DNA of 64,000 nucleotides from Hyalangium minutum (GCF_000737315.1 NZ_JMCB01000032.1:1-64000); one strand, 5' to 3'. Shown: positions 11,928-21,242, counted from the stretch's first letter. A program made the numbers and translations. The notes: generated by a model not told the origin, from the letters alone.

Positions 11928-13010
11928 ATGAAGCGATCGATCGCCGTGTTGCTGTTGTGGTGTGTCACCGCCGGGGCCGAGGAGCCGGCGGCTGCGGACG
12001 CGCGGGTGGACGGGGCGCTGGACGTGGTGCCCTTCGCGCTCCCGGCCTACCAGCCGGAGACGAGCTGGTTGCTGGGGGGCGCGGCCGCGCTCGTGTACCA
12101 GCCGCCCAAGGACAGTGGGCGCCGGGAGTCGCAGCTCCTCCTGGCGGGCGCCGCGAGCGTGCGCAAGCAGTTCACCCTGAGCCTCTCGTCAGACGTCTAC
12201 GCCTGGGAGGACCGGCTGCACCTGGGAGGGACCCTCAGCGCAGCCCGATTTCCGGACCAGTTCTTCGGAGTGGGCTCCGACACGCGTGCCAGCGAGAAGG
12301 AGCCCTACTCACCCACCTACTATGAGCTTGAGCTCAGTCCGAAGTGGCGGGTGCTCCCGGCGCTCTATGTCGGTCCCAGTGGCCGCCTCCAGATCGCCAG
12401 AGTGGCCGGGCAGCTTCCTGGAGGGCTGCTGGATCGGGGCGAGGTGACGGGGGAGCGCGGGGGGACGACGGTTCAGTTGGGCGTCTCGGCATTCTGGGAC
12501 ACGCGAGACAGCACGCTCTACCCTCGAAGTGGTTCGCTGATCCGCGCGCAGGCGCGCATGGCCAGGCGGGCGCTGGGCTCCACCACGGAGTTCAACCTGC
12601 TGCGCATCGACGGCCGCACCTACTGGACGATGCCCTATGCCCGGCACGTGCTTGCGCTGCAGGCGCTCCTGGAGCTTCGCGGAGGCGAGCCACCGTTCTA
12701 CGACACCGGCAAGCTCGGCAGCGGCGAGATGATGCGCGGCTACTATGAAGGCCGCTTCCGTGACAGGCAGCACCTGGCGCTGCAGGCCGAGTACCGCACT
12801 CCGCTCTTCTGGCGCGTGGGCAGCGTCGTATTCGCCTCGGTGGGGAACGTGGGCCGGAACCTGGACGCCGCGATGCTGTCCGGGCTCAAACCCGCGGCGG
12901 GGGCGGGCCTGCGTCTGGCGCCCATGAAGGACGTGCCGGTGAACCTCCGGCTCGACGTCGCGTACGGCAGCGACCTGTTCTTCTATCTGAACCTGGGTGA
13001 GGCCTTCTGA
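11928..13010 (+). CDS. Omp85/BamA-TamA family outer-membrane beta-barrel lacking POTRA domains
   Basis: Signal peptide; DTRDSTLYPRSG, MRGYYEGRFRD (loop-6 RGY/F-like motif), C-terminal YLNLGEAF beta-signal; 360 aa. Start reassigned to the ATG at 11928. Confidence 0.82.
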   Translation: MKRSIAVLLLWCVTAGAEEPAAADARVDGALDVVPFALPAYQPETSWLLGGAAALVYQPPKDSGRRESQLLLAGAASVRKQFTLSLSSDVYAWEDRLHLGGTLSAARFPDQFFGVGSDTRASEKEPYSPTYYELELSPKWRVLPALYVGPSGRLQIARVAGQLPGGLLDRGEVTGERGGTTVQLGVSAFWDTRDSTLYPRSGSLIRAQARMARRALGSTTEFNLLRIDGRTYWTMPYARHVLALQALLELRGGEPPFYDTGKLGSGEMMRGYYEGRFRDRQHLALQAEYRTPLFWRVGSVVFASVGNVGRNLDAAMLSGLKPAAGAGLRLAPMKDVPVNLRLDVAYGSDLFFYLNLGEAF

Positions 13011-13213
13011 CCCGGCTCTGCAGACTCACATGCGGAATCCGCAGTGGCATCTGCGGGTCTCGCAGTCCCCTGCACACGCTGAACACGTAACCGCGCGAAA
13101 CCACCGGCTCACCGTGGCTCGCAGGGGCTGGCGCGCGCCTTGCTCAAGCTCGTCCGCAGGAGCACGGCCCGGGTGCTCCTTCCAGAGACACCTGAGACGT
13201 GAGGAGACGAGCC

Positions 13214-14710
13214 ATGAAGAGCCTGATCGAGAAGAGCCGAGCCGCAGTGGTGGGAGCCCTCGTGCTGGCGTGGATGAGCGGTTGTGGCACCCCCGCCGAC
13301 ACGGAGCAGACCCCCGCAGCCGAGGATCCCGCGCTAGGCAACGCCCTCCCCAATCAGCCCGATCGCGGTGGCATCGGCATGGCGCTTCCTCCTCCTCCTC
13401 CTCCTCCTCCTCCCACCGGACCGAACCCCACTCCGCCGCCTCCGCCCCCGACCAGCGGAGTGGATCCCCAGCGCTCCCTCGCCGTGACGGATGACGCGAT
13501 CCTCAACAAGTTCACCTTCATCGCGGTGATGGACCAGCTCGTCGGCACCAGCGGCGTGCCAACCACGGCGCTGAACCTCTTCCGGCAGTGGTGGGACACG
13601 CAGCGGCCGGCTCCAGGGCTCGGGGCGGGACCGCACTGCGACAGCCCGGGCGTGGCCAACATGAACGGCTTCCCGTACACGTGCCCGCGAGCCGAGGGAA
13701 ACCTGGCCAACGCGGACCCCTTCACCAACCCCGCTGGCAACCCGAACTCCTTCATCCCCGTGGGGCTCTTCAACCGCTTCGATCTGGCCCCCACCCACGG
13801 AGCCAACTGCGGCGAGTACCGCATCGTCTTCGCCAAGCGCTCGGGCCTCACCAACCCGCAGGACCGGCTGTTCCTCATCTTCGAGGCCGTGCTGCCCAAC
13901 CCCACGCCGGAGCAGGGTCTCGAGGGCTGCCGCCCGGTGGCGAACTTCTGGAGCGGGCTGACCGCGGACGCGGACGTGAACTCGCGGGGTGACAAGCTGC
14001 GCAGCTTCTACTTCAACGGGCTCCCGGGCTTCATGCCAGTGATCCACACGGACAACCTGGGCAGCCGCGCGAGCAACACGGGCCAGGTGCGCACCAACCA
14101 GTTCATGCAGCCCGCGTGGATGCTGCGCGAGTTCAAGCTTCAGAAGAGCTGCGCTACGAGCCCCTGCTCCGTCCAGTTCATCCCGTCCACGGTGAAGACC
14201 AACCCGGGCGGTGCACTCTTCAACCCCTCGTCCTCGCACGCGCGGGCCGCGGACTTCCAGAGCGCCATCTTCCCGGCCCAGGTGGCCAGCCTGGCCGTCA
14301 ACAACATCAACGGCTTCGGCTTCTCGGTGCCTGACGCCTTCAACAGCGGCCAGTCCGATGAGCAGAACCCGATGGAGAACCACTACGTGAACCAGTTCGG
14401 CACGGGCCCGAGCCCGCTGCGCACGAACATCCAGAACCAGCTGAACGCCATCGGCAGCACGCTGACGCCGAACCAGATTGTGGCGCGCGCCATGTCCCTC
14501 TCGTGCGCGGGCTGCCACCGTCTGAGCAACGGGGCTGACCTGGGCGGTGGGCTGCGCTGGCCGCCCTCGCTGGACTTCACCCACATCTCCGAGCAGACCG
14601 ATCAGGGCCCGGACGGCCCGCGGCACCGCCTCTCTCCGGCGCTGGTGAATGTGTTCCTGCCGCACCGCAAGGCTGTGCTCGACGCGTTCCTCGGCTCGGC
14701 CGCGCAGTAA
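13214..14710 (+). CDS. Secreted lipoprotein with poly-Pro linker and a single C-terminal CxxCH motif
   Basis: ATG at 13214 after GAGGAG; lipobox WMSGC; P9 run; SCAGCH at 14504-14518; several additional Cys. Confidence 0.75.
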   Translation: MKSLIEKSRAAVVGALVLAWMSGCGTPADTEQTPAAEDPALGNALPNQPDRGGIGMALPPPPPPPPPTGPNPTPPPPPPTSGVDPQRSLAVTDDAILNKFTFIAVMDQLVGTSGVPTTALNLFRQWWDTQRPAPGLGAGPHCDSPGVANMNGFPYTCPRAEGNLANADPFTNPAGNPNSFIPVGLFNRFDLAPTHGANCGEYRIVFAKRSGLTNPQDRLFLIFEAVLPNPTPEQGLEGCRPVANFWSGLTADADVNSRGDKLRSFYFNGLPGFMPVIHTDNLGSRASNTGQVRTNQFMQPAWMLREFKLQKSCATSPCSVQFIPSTVKTNPGGALFNPSSSHARAADFQSAIFPAQVASLAVNNINGFGFSVPDAFNSGQSDEQNPMENHYVNQFGTGPSPLRTNIQNQLNAIGSTLTPNQIVARAMSLSCAGCHRLSNGADLGGGLRWPPSLDFTHISEQTDQGPDGPRHRLSPALVNVFLPHRKAVLDAFLGSAAQ

Positions 14711-14711
14711 C

Positions 14712-15317
14712 TCAGCGGGGCGGAGGGGTGGGGGAGGGCTCCTCCCCCTTCGCCAGCAGCAGCGCCCGGGCCGCCTGAAGCACCTCATCCGAGAGGGGCT
14801 GAGAGGAGGTCGCCCGGGCCAGCGTCAAGGCCCCGAAGCACAGCGCAACGCTGGCCAGGGCCTTCTGCCGAGCCGTGACGCCCTGCTCGTCGGTCAGGTG
14901 GGCCTGGGCCTCGCGGACCAGCGCATCGAGTCCCTCGGCGAGCGTGCCCTGAAGTTCCGGAGCGGCCCGAGTGAGGTCCGAGAGGACGGAGGGCATCATG
15001 CAGCCCCCCTGCGGATCATCGCGGCGCTGGCGGGTGAGGTAGCGGCGGACGAAGTGGCTCAGCCACTCGGGGCCGTGCAGCTCCTCGAGCCCCGCCACCC
15101 ACCGCTCCTTGCTCTGCTGGAGGAAGCTCCGCAGGGCCTCTCGCTGCAGCTCCTCCTTCGAGGTGAAGTGGGCATAGAAGCCGCCCACCGTCAGGCCCGC
15201 GGCGCGCATCACCCGCTCCACGCTGGCGCCCGCGAAGCCCTGCTTCCGGAAGAGCGCGTCGGCGGCCGCGAGGATGCGCGCACGGGTGGAGGGCTTCTGC
15301 TCGGGGCCATACCGCAT
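14712..15317 (-). CDS. TetR/AcrR family transcriptional regulator
   Basis: RARILAAADALFRKQGFAGASVERVMRAAGLTVGGFYAHFTSKEEL; GCMMPS C-terminal motif. Confidence 0.93.
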   Translation of the reverse strand: MRYGPEQKPSTRARILAAADALFRKQGFAGASVERVMRAAGLTVGGFYAHFTSKEELQREALRSFLQQSKERWVAGLEELHGPEWLSHFVRRYLTRQRRDDPQGGCMMPSVLSDLTRAAPELQGTLAEGLDALVREAQAHLTDEQGVTARQKALASVALCFGALTLARATSSQPLSDEVLQAARALLLAKGEEPSPTPPPR

Positions 15318-15332
15318 GGGGACCTCCCTCTC

Positions 15333-15848
15333 TCAGGTTCCAGCGCCGGACGGCCGGAAGATCATGCAGGTGGTGACGCCGTGGGCGTACAACTTTCCGG
15401 AGGCATCCGTCACCCGGCCCTGCGCGGTGGCCATGCGGCCTCCCAGGTGGATGATCTCCCCGGTGCAAGTCAGCCGCCCCGTGTCGTGGGTGATGGGGCG
15501 CACGAAGGTCACGTGCAGATCCAGCGTGGTGTAGCTCGCGCCCGCTGGCAGGGTGCTATGGACCGCGCACGCCATCGCCGAGTCCAGCAGCGTCGCAGCC
15601 AGCCCGCCGTGCACGGTGCCGATGGGGTTGTAGTGGTACTCGGCCGGCTCCACGGTGAAGACGGCGCGTCCTTCCTGGAACTCGGAGGGGCCCATCCCCA
15701 GCAGCTCGGCGATGGGAGGGCCGGGCAACTCGCCTCGTTGCATGGCCCGCAGGTACTCCAGCCCGGAGAGCTGCTTCGCCGCAGTGACTCCCTCCCGGTA
15801 GTCCTTCCACGTCACGGTCCGTGTGCGCTGCGCGCTCCCCTCGCTCAT
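15333..15848 (-). CDS. PaaI family (hotdog-fold) thioesterase
   Basis: HYNPIGTVHGGLAATLLDSAMACA, YTTLDLHVTFVRP, GGRMATAQG. Confidence 0.92.
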   Translation of the reverse strand: MSEGSAQRTRTVTWKDYREGVTAAKQLSGLEYLRAMQRGELPGPPIAELLGMGPSEFQEGRAVFTVEPAEYHYNPIGTVHGGLAATLLDSAMACAVHSTLPAGASYTTLDLHVTFVRPITHDTGRLTCTGEIIHLGGRMATAQGRVTDASGKLYAHGVTTCMIFRPSGAGT

Positions 15849-15868
15849 ATGGGCTCCTTGCCTTTGGA

Positions 15869-15939
15869 ATGATGGGCATCATCTCTGGGGAACAATTCGG
15901 GCGCCCCAGTGAGTACCCTGATAGAATGATGGACATAAT
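15869..15939. promoter_or_regulatory. Paired palindromic operators (putative TetR sites) between paaI and fabF
   Basis: ATGATG-GG-CATCAT (15869-15882, perfect arms) and ATGATG-GA-CATAAT (15926-15939), both preceded by GA, in the divergent intergenic region. Confidence 0.6.
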
Positions 15940-15979
15940 ATAAATCATCACTCAGGGCAAGTGAGAGGGGAGCAGACCG

Positions 15980-17221
15980 ATGGAGAAGCGGCGCGTCGTG
16001 GTGACGGGGCTAGGCCTCATCAGCCCGTGTGGCACTGGGGTGGAGAAGAGCTGGGAAGCGCTCGTGAAGGGCCAGAGTGGGGTGGGGCCCATCACGCTCT
16101 TCGACGCGAGCGGTCTGGACAGCCGCATCGCCGGCGAGGTGAAGGACTTCCGTCCCGAGGACTTCATCGACAAGCGGGAGCTGCGGCGCATGGACCGCTT
16201 CGCCCAGTTCGCGGTGGGCGCGGCGGACATGGCCTTGAAGGACTCGGGCCTGGCCATCACCCCCAAGAATGCCGAGCGGACCGCGGTCATCGTCGGCTCG
16301 GGGATTGGAGGCATCGGCAGCCTCGAGGAGACCTACCGCAAGGTGCTGGAGAAGGGGCCGGATCGCATCAGCCCGTTCTTCATCCTGCAGATGATCATCA
16401 ACCTTGCGCCGGGCTACATCTCCATGCGCCACGGCATCAAGGGGCCGAGCTGGTCCTCCAACTCCGCCTGCTCCACCAGCGCCCACGCCATCGGCGAGGC
16501 CCTCCGAGGCATCCAGCGGGGAGACTTCGACGCCGCGGTGGTGGGAGGTGCCGAGGCCCCCATCACCGTCCTGGGCGTGGGAGGCTTCGCCGCGATGAAG
16601 GCGCTGTCCACGCGGAATGACGCGCCCCAGGCCGCCAGTCGTCCCTTCGACGTGGATCGCGACGGCTTCGTGGTGGCCGAGGGCGCTGGGATGTTGGTGC
16701 TGGAGACGTGGGAGCACGCGCGGGATCGCGGCGCCAAGGTCTACGCGGAGCTGTCGGGTTACGGTGCCAGCTCGGACGCCTACCACGTGACGCAGCCTGC
16801 GCCCGAGCACGAGGGAGCCCAGCGCAGCATGCGGCTGGCGCTCGCGGATGCGGGGCTCCGGCCCGCGGACATCGGCTACATCAACGCCCACGGCACGTCG
16901 ACGGACATTGGGGACGCGCTGGAGATGGAGGCCATCACCCGTGTCTTTGGAGAGGCGGCCCGTCAGGTCGCCGTCTCCTCCACCAAGTCCATGACGGGGC
17001 ACATGAACGGCGCGGCGGGAGCGGCCGAGGCCGTCATCAGCGTGCTGGCGCTCCAGCGAGGAATGCTCCCACCGACGGTGAACCTCGACCGGCAGGATCC
17101 GCGCATCACCCTCGACTGCATCCCGAAGGTGGCGCGAGAGAAGCGGGTGAGCGCGGTGATGAGCAACTCTTTCGGGTTTGGCGGGACGAACGTGTCGCTC
17201 GTGTTCCAGCGCCCGAGCTGA
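15980..17221 (+). CDS. fabF: Beta-ketoacyl-ACP synthase II (stand-alone copy)
   Basis: [19 protein letters not shown] (Cys), YINAHGTST (His), TGHMNGAAG (His), [10 protein letters not shown]. Confidence 0.93.
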   Translation: MEKRRVVVTGLGLISPCGTGVEKSWEALVKGQSGVGPITLFDASGLDSRIAGEVKDFRPEDFIDKRELRRMDRFAQFAVGAADMALKDSGLAITPKNAERTAVIVGSGIGGIGSLEETYRKVLEKGPDRISPFFILQMIINLAPGYISMRHGIKGPSWSSNSACSTSAHAIGEALRGIQRGDFDAAVVGGAEAPITVLGVGGFAAMKALSTRNDAPQAASRPFDVDRDGFVVAEGAGMLVLETWEHARDRGAKVYAELSGYGASSDAYHVTQPAPEHEGAQRSMRLALADAGLRPADIGYINAHGTSTDIGDALEMEAITRVFGEAARQVAVSSTKSMTGHMNGAAGAAEAVISVLALQRGMLPPTVNLDRQDPRITLDCIPKVAREKRVSAVMSNSFGFGGTNVSLVFQRPS

Positions 17222-17247
17222 GGTGCCTCATTCCGCGTGGGAGCGCG

Positions 17248-17532
17248 CTACTTCATCCCCATGGCCTTGAGCAGGTCTTCCCGCTGCTCCAGGAACGCCC
17301 GGAACTCGTGCTCAGGGATGCGCATGCGGGCCAGGACTTCCCGGAGGATCTCCTCCACGGTGCCGTCCTGGCGCCGCTTCAGCTCCAGCGCCGTCTTGAG
17401 CAGCACCACGCCATAGCGTGGATCGGACTCCACGGGCGGTGGGGTCCGCGCCTTGGGCCGAGCGGCCTGCTTGCGCTCCTCCAACTTCACCACCGTCTTC
17501 GCCCGCTGACGTCCGCTCATCTCCCGACGCAC
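17248..17532 (-). CDS. Small hypothetical protein (basic N-terminus, helical C-terminus); start may be 17520
   Basis: 94-aa ORF with plausible composition filling the gap between fabF and the kinase; no recognised motif. Confidence 0.6.
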   Translation of the reverse strand: MRREMSGRQRAKTVVKLEERKQAARPKARTPPPVESDPRYGVVLLKTALELKRRQDGTVEEILREVLARMRIPEHEFRAFLEQREDLLKAMGMK

Positions 17533-17632
17533 CCCGACCCACTTCGTTGGAATGGCGGGGCACCGTACGGAAACGCCCCCCGGACCGTCAAGCAGGCACG
17601 CTTCCAGAATCTGTGCTATCCGCCTGTCGCGG

Positions 17633-18280
17633 ATGGACTACCGGTACATCGTCGTGGAAGGGCCCATCGGTGTGGGCAAGACGAGCCTCTCCAACCTCCT
17701 GGCCGAGCGCTACAGAGCGCGCCGGATTCTGGAGGTGGTGGAGGAGAATCCGTTCCTCTCCAGCTTCTACACGGACCGGGCGAAGTATGCGTTCCAGACG
17801 CAGATCTTCTTCCTGCTCTCGCGCTTCCGTCAGCAGCAGGAGCTGTTCCAGCAGGACCTGTTCAGCGCCGTCACGGTGAGCGACTACCTGTTCGCCAAGG
17901 ACCGCATCTTCGCCTGCCTCACGCTGGACTCGCACGAGCTGGCGCTCTACGACCGGGTGTTCGATGCGCTCGGGCCCCGGGTGACGAAGCCGGACATCGT
18001 CATCTACCTCCAGGCCCGCCTGGACGTGCTCCTGCACCGCATCAAGAAGCGCGCCCGCGAGTTCGAGCGGAAGTTCGACGCCACCTACCTCGAAGAGCTG
18101 GTGCACGCCTACAACGACTTCTTTGCTCACTACACCGACACACCGCTCCTGGTGGTGAATACCTCGGACATCGACTTCGTGAACAACGAGGCCGATCGCG
18201 AGGGCCTGATGAACGCCATCAAGAAGGCCCGCCAGGACGGCATCCACCACTACGATCCACACCCAGCCAAGCGGCCGTAA
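17633..18280 (+). CDS. Deoxynucleoside kinase
   Basis: YIVVEGPIGVGKT P-loop, ENPFL, AFQTQIFFLLSRF, IYLQA, RIKKRAREFE lid; upstream of panBC as is common. Confidence 0.93.
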   Translation: MDYRYIVVEGPIGVGKTSLSNLLAERYRARRILEVVEENPFLSSFYTDRAKYAFQTQIFFLLSRFRQQQELFQQDLFSAVTVSDYLFAKDRIFACLTLDSHELALYDRVFDALGPRVTKPDIVIYLQARLDVLLHRIKKRAREFERKFDATYLEELVHAYNDFFAHYTDTPLLVVNTSDIDFVNNEADREGLMNAIKKARQDGIHHYDPHPAKRP

Positions 18281-18351
18281 GGACCCGGCGTCTGCTCGTC
18301 TGCCTGAGAAGGGTTCCCCACAGGAGCCCCAAGGGCGTTAGAGTAGGGGCA

Positions 18352-18386
18352 CACCTCCGGCGATCCCCCCGGGACGGCGAGAGGTG
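18352..18386 (+). ncRNA. Candidate pan-type cis-regulatory hairpin in the panB leader
   Basis: CACCTC/GAGGTG stem, CG/CG pairs with a GCGA bulge on each strand, TCCC/GGGA stem, CCC loop; 47 nt before the panB start. The pan RNA motif is known upstream of pantothenate genes in deltaproteobacteria; match untested. Confidence 0.45.
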
Positions 18387-18433
18387 GCAACACCGCGGTA
18401 CCCCCCAACCCTCTCCCCCACAGGAGGTGAACC

Positions 18434-19339
18434 GTGAAGGACAAGGTCACCATCCACACGCTGAAGCGACTGAAGCAGGCCGGCCAGAAGATCTGCATGG
18501 TCACGGCCTATGACGCCACCTTTGCGCGGCTCCTCGACGAGTCCGGCGCGGATGTGCTGCTGGTCGGTGACTCACTGGGCATGGTCGTCCAGGGACATGA
18601 CTCCACGCTCCCAGTGACGATGGAGCAGATGATCTACCACTCGGTGGCCGTCAATCGGGGCGCCAAGCGGGCCCATGTGGTGGGCGACATGCCCTTCATG
18701 AGCTACCAGACCTCTGTCGAGGCGGCGGTGCGCAACGCGGGCCGGCTCGTGGCCGAGGGCGGCGTGGGCAGCGTGAAGCTGGAGGGCGGCGCCGAGTTCG
18801 CCGACACCGTGGCGGCCATCACCCGCGCGAGCATCCCCGTCATGGGGCACCTGGGGCTCACCCCTCAGTCCGTGCACAAGATGGGCGGCTACGTGGTGCA
18901 GGGCAAGGACGAGCAGGCCGCTCGCAAGATTCTTCAGGACGCGCTCGCGCTGGAGCGTGCGGGCGCCTACGCGCTGGTGCTCGAGGGCGTGCCGGTGGAA
19001 CTGGCCCGGCAGATCACGCAGCGCCTGAGCATCCCCACCATCGGCATCGGTGCCGGAGTTGAGTGCGATGGGCAGGTGCTCGTCTGTTACGACCTGCTCG
19101 GCATGAACCCGGACTTCAAGCCCAAGTTCGTGAAGCGCTACGCGGACCTGCACGGCTCCATCACCGGGGCGGCCAGCACCTTCTTCAACGAGGTGCGCGC
19201 CGGCTCCTTCCCGGACGACGATCACTCCTTCCACTCGAAGACGCTGCGGCTGGTGGCCTCCAACACGCACACTTCTTCCGAGGCGGAGCCCGCCGAGGGC
19301 GGTGAGAAGATCGGCCCCATCTACGGCGTTCCGGTCTAA
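18434..19339 (+). CDS. panB: 3-methyl-2-oxobutanoate hydroxymethyltransferase
   Basis: [50 protein letters not shown]. Confidence 0.97.
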   Translation: MKDKVTIHTLKRLKQAGQKICMVTAYDATFARLLDESGADVLLVGDSLGMVVQGHDSTLPVTMEQMIYHSVAVNRGAKRAHVVGDMPFMSYQTSVEAAVRNAGRLVAEGGVGSVKLEGGAEFADTVAAITRASIPVMGHLGLTPQSVHKMGGYVVQGKDEQAARKILQDALALERAGAYALVLEGVPVELARQITQRLSIPTIGIGAGVECDGQVLVCYDLLGMNPDFKPKFVKRYADLHGSITGAASTFFNEVRAGSFPDDDHSFHSKTLRLVASNTHTSSEAEPAEGGEKIGPIYGVPV

Positions 19340-19344
19340 CCCCC

Positions 19345-20199
19345 ATGGCTCCGCAGGTTCTCCGCACTGTGGCTGAAGTCCAGGCGTGGGCGGCGGACCT
19401 GCGCCGGGCCGGGCGCCGGCTCGCGCTGGTGCCCACCATGGGCTTCCTGCACGAGGGCCACCTCTCGCTCATGCGCGAAGGGCGCAAGCGGGCGGACGGG
19501 GTGGCCACCTCCATCTTCGTCAACCCCACCCAGTTCGGTCCCAAGGAAGACCTCTCGCGCTACCCGAAGGACTTCGAGGGCGACCTGGCCAAGTGCGGCA
19601 GCGCGGGGGTGGACGTGGTCTTCGCTCCCGAGGCGAGCACCATGTACCCGCCCGGCTACGAGACGTACGTGGAGGTGACGGACGTCAGCCAGGGGCTGTG
19701 CGGCGAGCGCCGCCCCGGACACTTCCGAGGCGTGGCCACCATCGTCACCCGGCTGCTGTGCATGTTCCGGCCGGACGTGGCCCTCTTCGGCGAGAAGGAC
19801 TACCAGCAGCTTCAGGTCATCAAGGCACTCAACCGGGACTTGCACCTGGGCGTGGAGATTCTGGGCATGCCCACCGTGCGCGAGCCGGATGGGCTGGCCA
19901 TGAGCTCTCGCAATGCGTACCTCTCTTCTGAGGACCGGAAGCGGGCGCTTGCCATCTCGCGTGGCTTGGGAGCGGCCCAGGCGCTGTACCGCTCCGGCAC
20001 CTCCGAGGCGTCAGCGCTCACCGAAGCGGTCCGTCGGGAGCTGCGCGCCGCGGATCTCCGGGAGGACTACGTGGAACTGGTGGATGCTGAACGCCTCAAG
20101 CCTGTCGCGAGCGTCCAGCCCAGCCAGCCCGCCCGCCTGTTGGTGGCTGCCTTCTGTGGGACCACGCGGCTGATCGACAACCAGCCCATTGGAGGCTAG
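19345..20199 (+). CDS. panC: Pantoate--beta-alanine ligase
   Basis: VPTMGFLHEGHLSL, IFVNPTQF, RPGHFRGV, FGEKDYQQ, GLAMSSRN, RLIDN. Confidence 0.97.
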   Translation: MAPQVLRTVAEVQAWAADLRRAGRRLALVPTMGFLHEGHLSLMREGRKRADGVATSIFVNPTQFGPKEDLSRYPKDFEGDLAKCGSAGVDVVFAPEASTMYPPGYETYVEVTDVSQGLCGERRPGHFRGVATIVTRLLCMFRPDVALFGEKDYQQLQVIKALNRDLHLGVEILGMPTVREPDGLAMSSRNAYLSSEDRKRALAISRGLGAAQALYRSGTSEASALTEAVRRELRAADLREDYVELVDAERLKPVASVQPSQPARLLVAAFCGTTRLIDNQPIGG

Positions 20200-20210
20200 G
20201 GGACGCGCGT

Positions 20211-20699
20211 ATGGCCGGTGGCAAGGCGAAGGGTGGAGTGGGAGCGCAGGAGGGCGTGAAGATCATCGCCGAGAACCGCAAGGCCCGCGCCATGTACACC
20301 GTGGACGAGAAGGTGGAGGCGGGCCTCCAGCTCCAGGGCAGCGAGGTGAAGTCCTTGAGAGACGGCACGGCCAACCTCTCGGACGCCTACGCGCTCCCGA
20401 AGGGCACCGAGCTGTATCTTCTCAATGCCCACATTGGCACGTATAAACCCGCGAATCTCTTCACCCACGAGCCTACGCGGGGCCGTAAGCTGTTGATGCA
20501 TCGTGCGGAAATCGACCGCTGGACGGCAAAGGTGAGGGAGCGGGGTTATTCCATCATCCCGCTTGTGCTGTACTTCAAAAACGGGCGAGCCAAGGTGGAG
20601 CTGGGGCTCTGCCGAGGCAAGACACACGAGGACCGGCGGCAGGACATCAAGGAACGGGAGACGAAGCGGGAGATGGAGCGAGAGTCGCGACGCCGCTGA
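20211..20699 (+). CDS. smpB: SsrA-binding protein
   Basis: ENRKAR, EAGLQLQGSEVKSLR, RKLLMHRAEI, KVELGLCRGKKxEDRR-like segment. Confidence 0.96.
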   Translation: MAGGKAKGGVGAQEGVKIIAENRKARAMYTVDEKVEAGLQLQGSEVKSLRDGTANLSDAYALPKGTELYLLNAHIGTYKPANLFTHEPTRGRKLLMHRAEIDRWTAKVRERGYSIIPLVLYFKNGRAKVELGLCRGKTHEDRRQDIKERETKREMERESRRR

Positions 20700-20726
20700 T
20701 CGCGCCGCCCACGCCGCTGCGGACAG

Positions 20727-21236
20727 ATGGAGACAAAGGGTCCCGATAAGAAGGAACTGCTGCTGGCGGCTCTCGAGCAGGGCATGGTGATGATTCACCT
20801 GGATGCTCGCCGCCCCGGGGTGCTCGTCCCCGCTCACCTGCGCAACGAGCACCACCTGCGGCTCAACCTCTCGTACCGGTTCGACCCTCCGGATCTCTCG
20901 GTGAGCGACTGGGGCGTTCGCTCCACGCTGAGCTTCTCGGGCACGCGCTTCACCATCGCTGTGCCCTGGTCCGCGCTGTTCGCCATCGCCAGCCATGTCA
21001 CCAAAGAGCTGGCTTGGATGTACGCGGATGATCTGCCCGAGGAGATCCTCCAGCAGGCACAGGTGACGACCAAGGTGTCGACACCTGAGATGGCTCCCGC
21101 TGCACCGCCTCCGGCCGAGGCGCGTCCGCGTGCGGTGCTCCGCGAGGTGCCCTCCGAGAAGGACGCCGAGCCGCCCGAGGGCCCACCGGAGGATCCGCCT
21201 CCGCCTCGCAAGGGCCACCTGCGCCTGGTGAAGTGA
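20727..21236 (+). CDS. sspB: SspB-like ClpXP specificity-enhancing factor
   Basis: LRLNLSYRF...TLSFSGTRFTIAVPWSALFAI core; acidic/Pro linker; C-terminal KGHLRLVK resembling the ClpX-binding LRVVK tail. Confidence 0.8.
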   Translation: METKGPDKKELLLAALEQGMVMIHLDARRPGVLVPAHLRNEHHLRLNLSYRFDPPDLSVSDWGVRSTLSFSGTRFTIAVPWSALFAIASHVTKELAWMYADDLPEEILQQAQVTTKVSTPEMAPAAPPPAEARPRAVLREVPSEKDAEPPEGPPEDPPPPRKGHLRLVK

Positions 21237-21242
21237 GGCGGC

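Noticed and set aside
13085-13180. c-di-GMP/cGAMP (GEMM-I) riboswitch suggested by GCGAAACC upstream of the CxxCH lipoprotein
   Set aside because: No GNRA tetraloop hairpin or matching receptor and P2 elements follow; only a generic hairpin at 13158-13180.
9790-17230. GGTGCCTCA at 9790 and 17222 as boundaries of the accessory block
   Set aside because: A 9-bp match is easily due to chance, and the first copy lies inside a CDS.
20699-20727. tmRNA (ssrA) next to smpB
   Set aside because: There is no room and no tRNA-like ends; no tRNA or rRNA was seen in any intergenic region.
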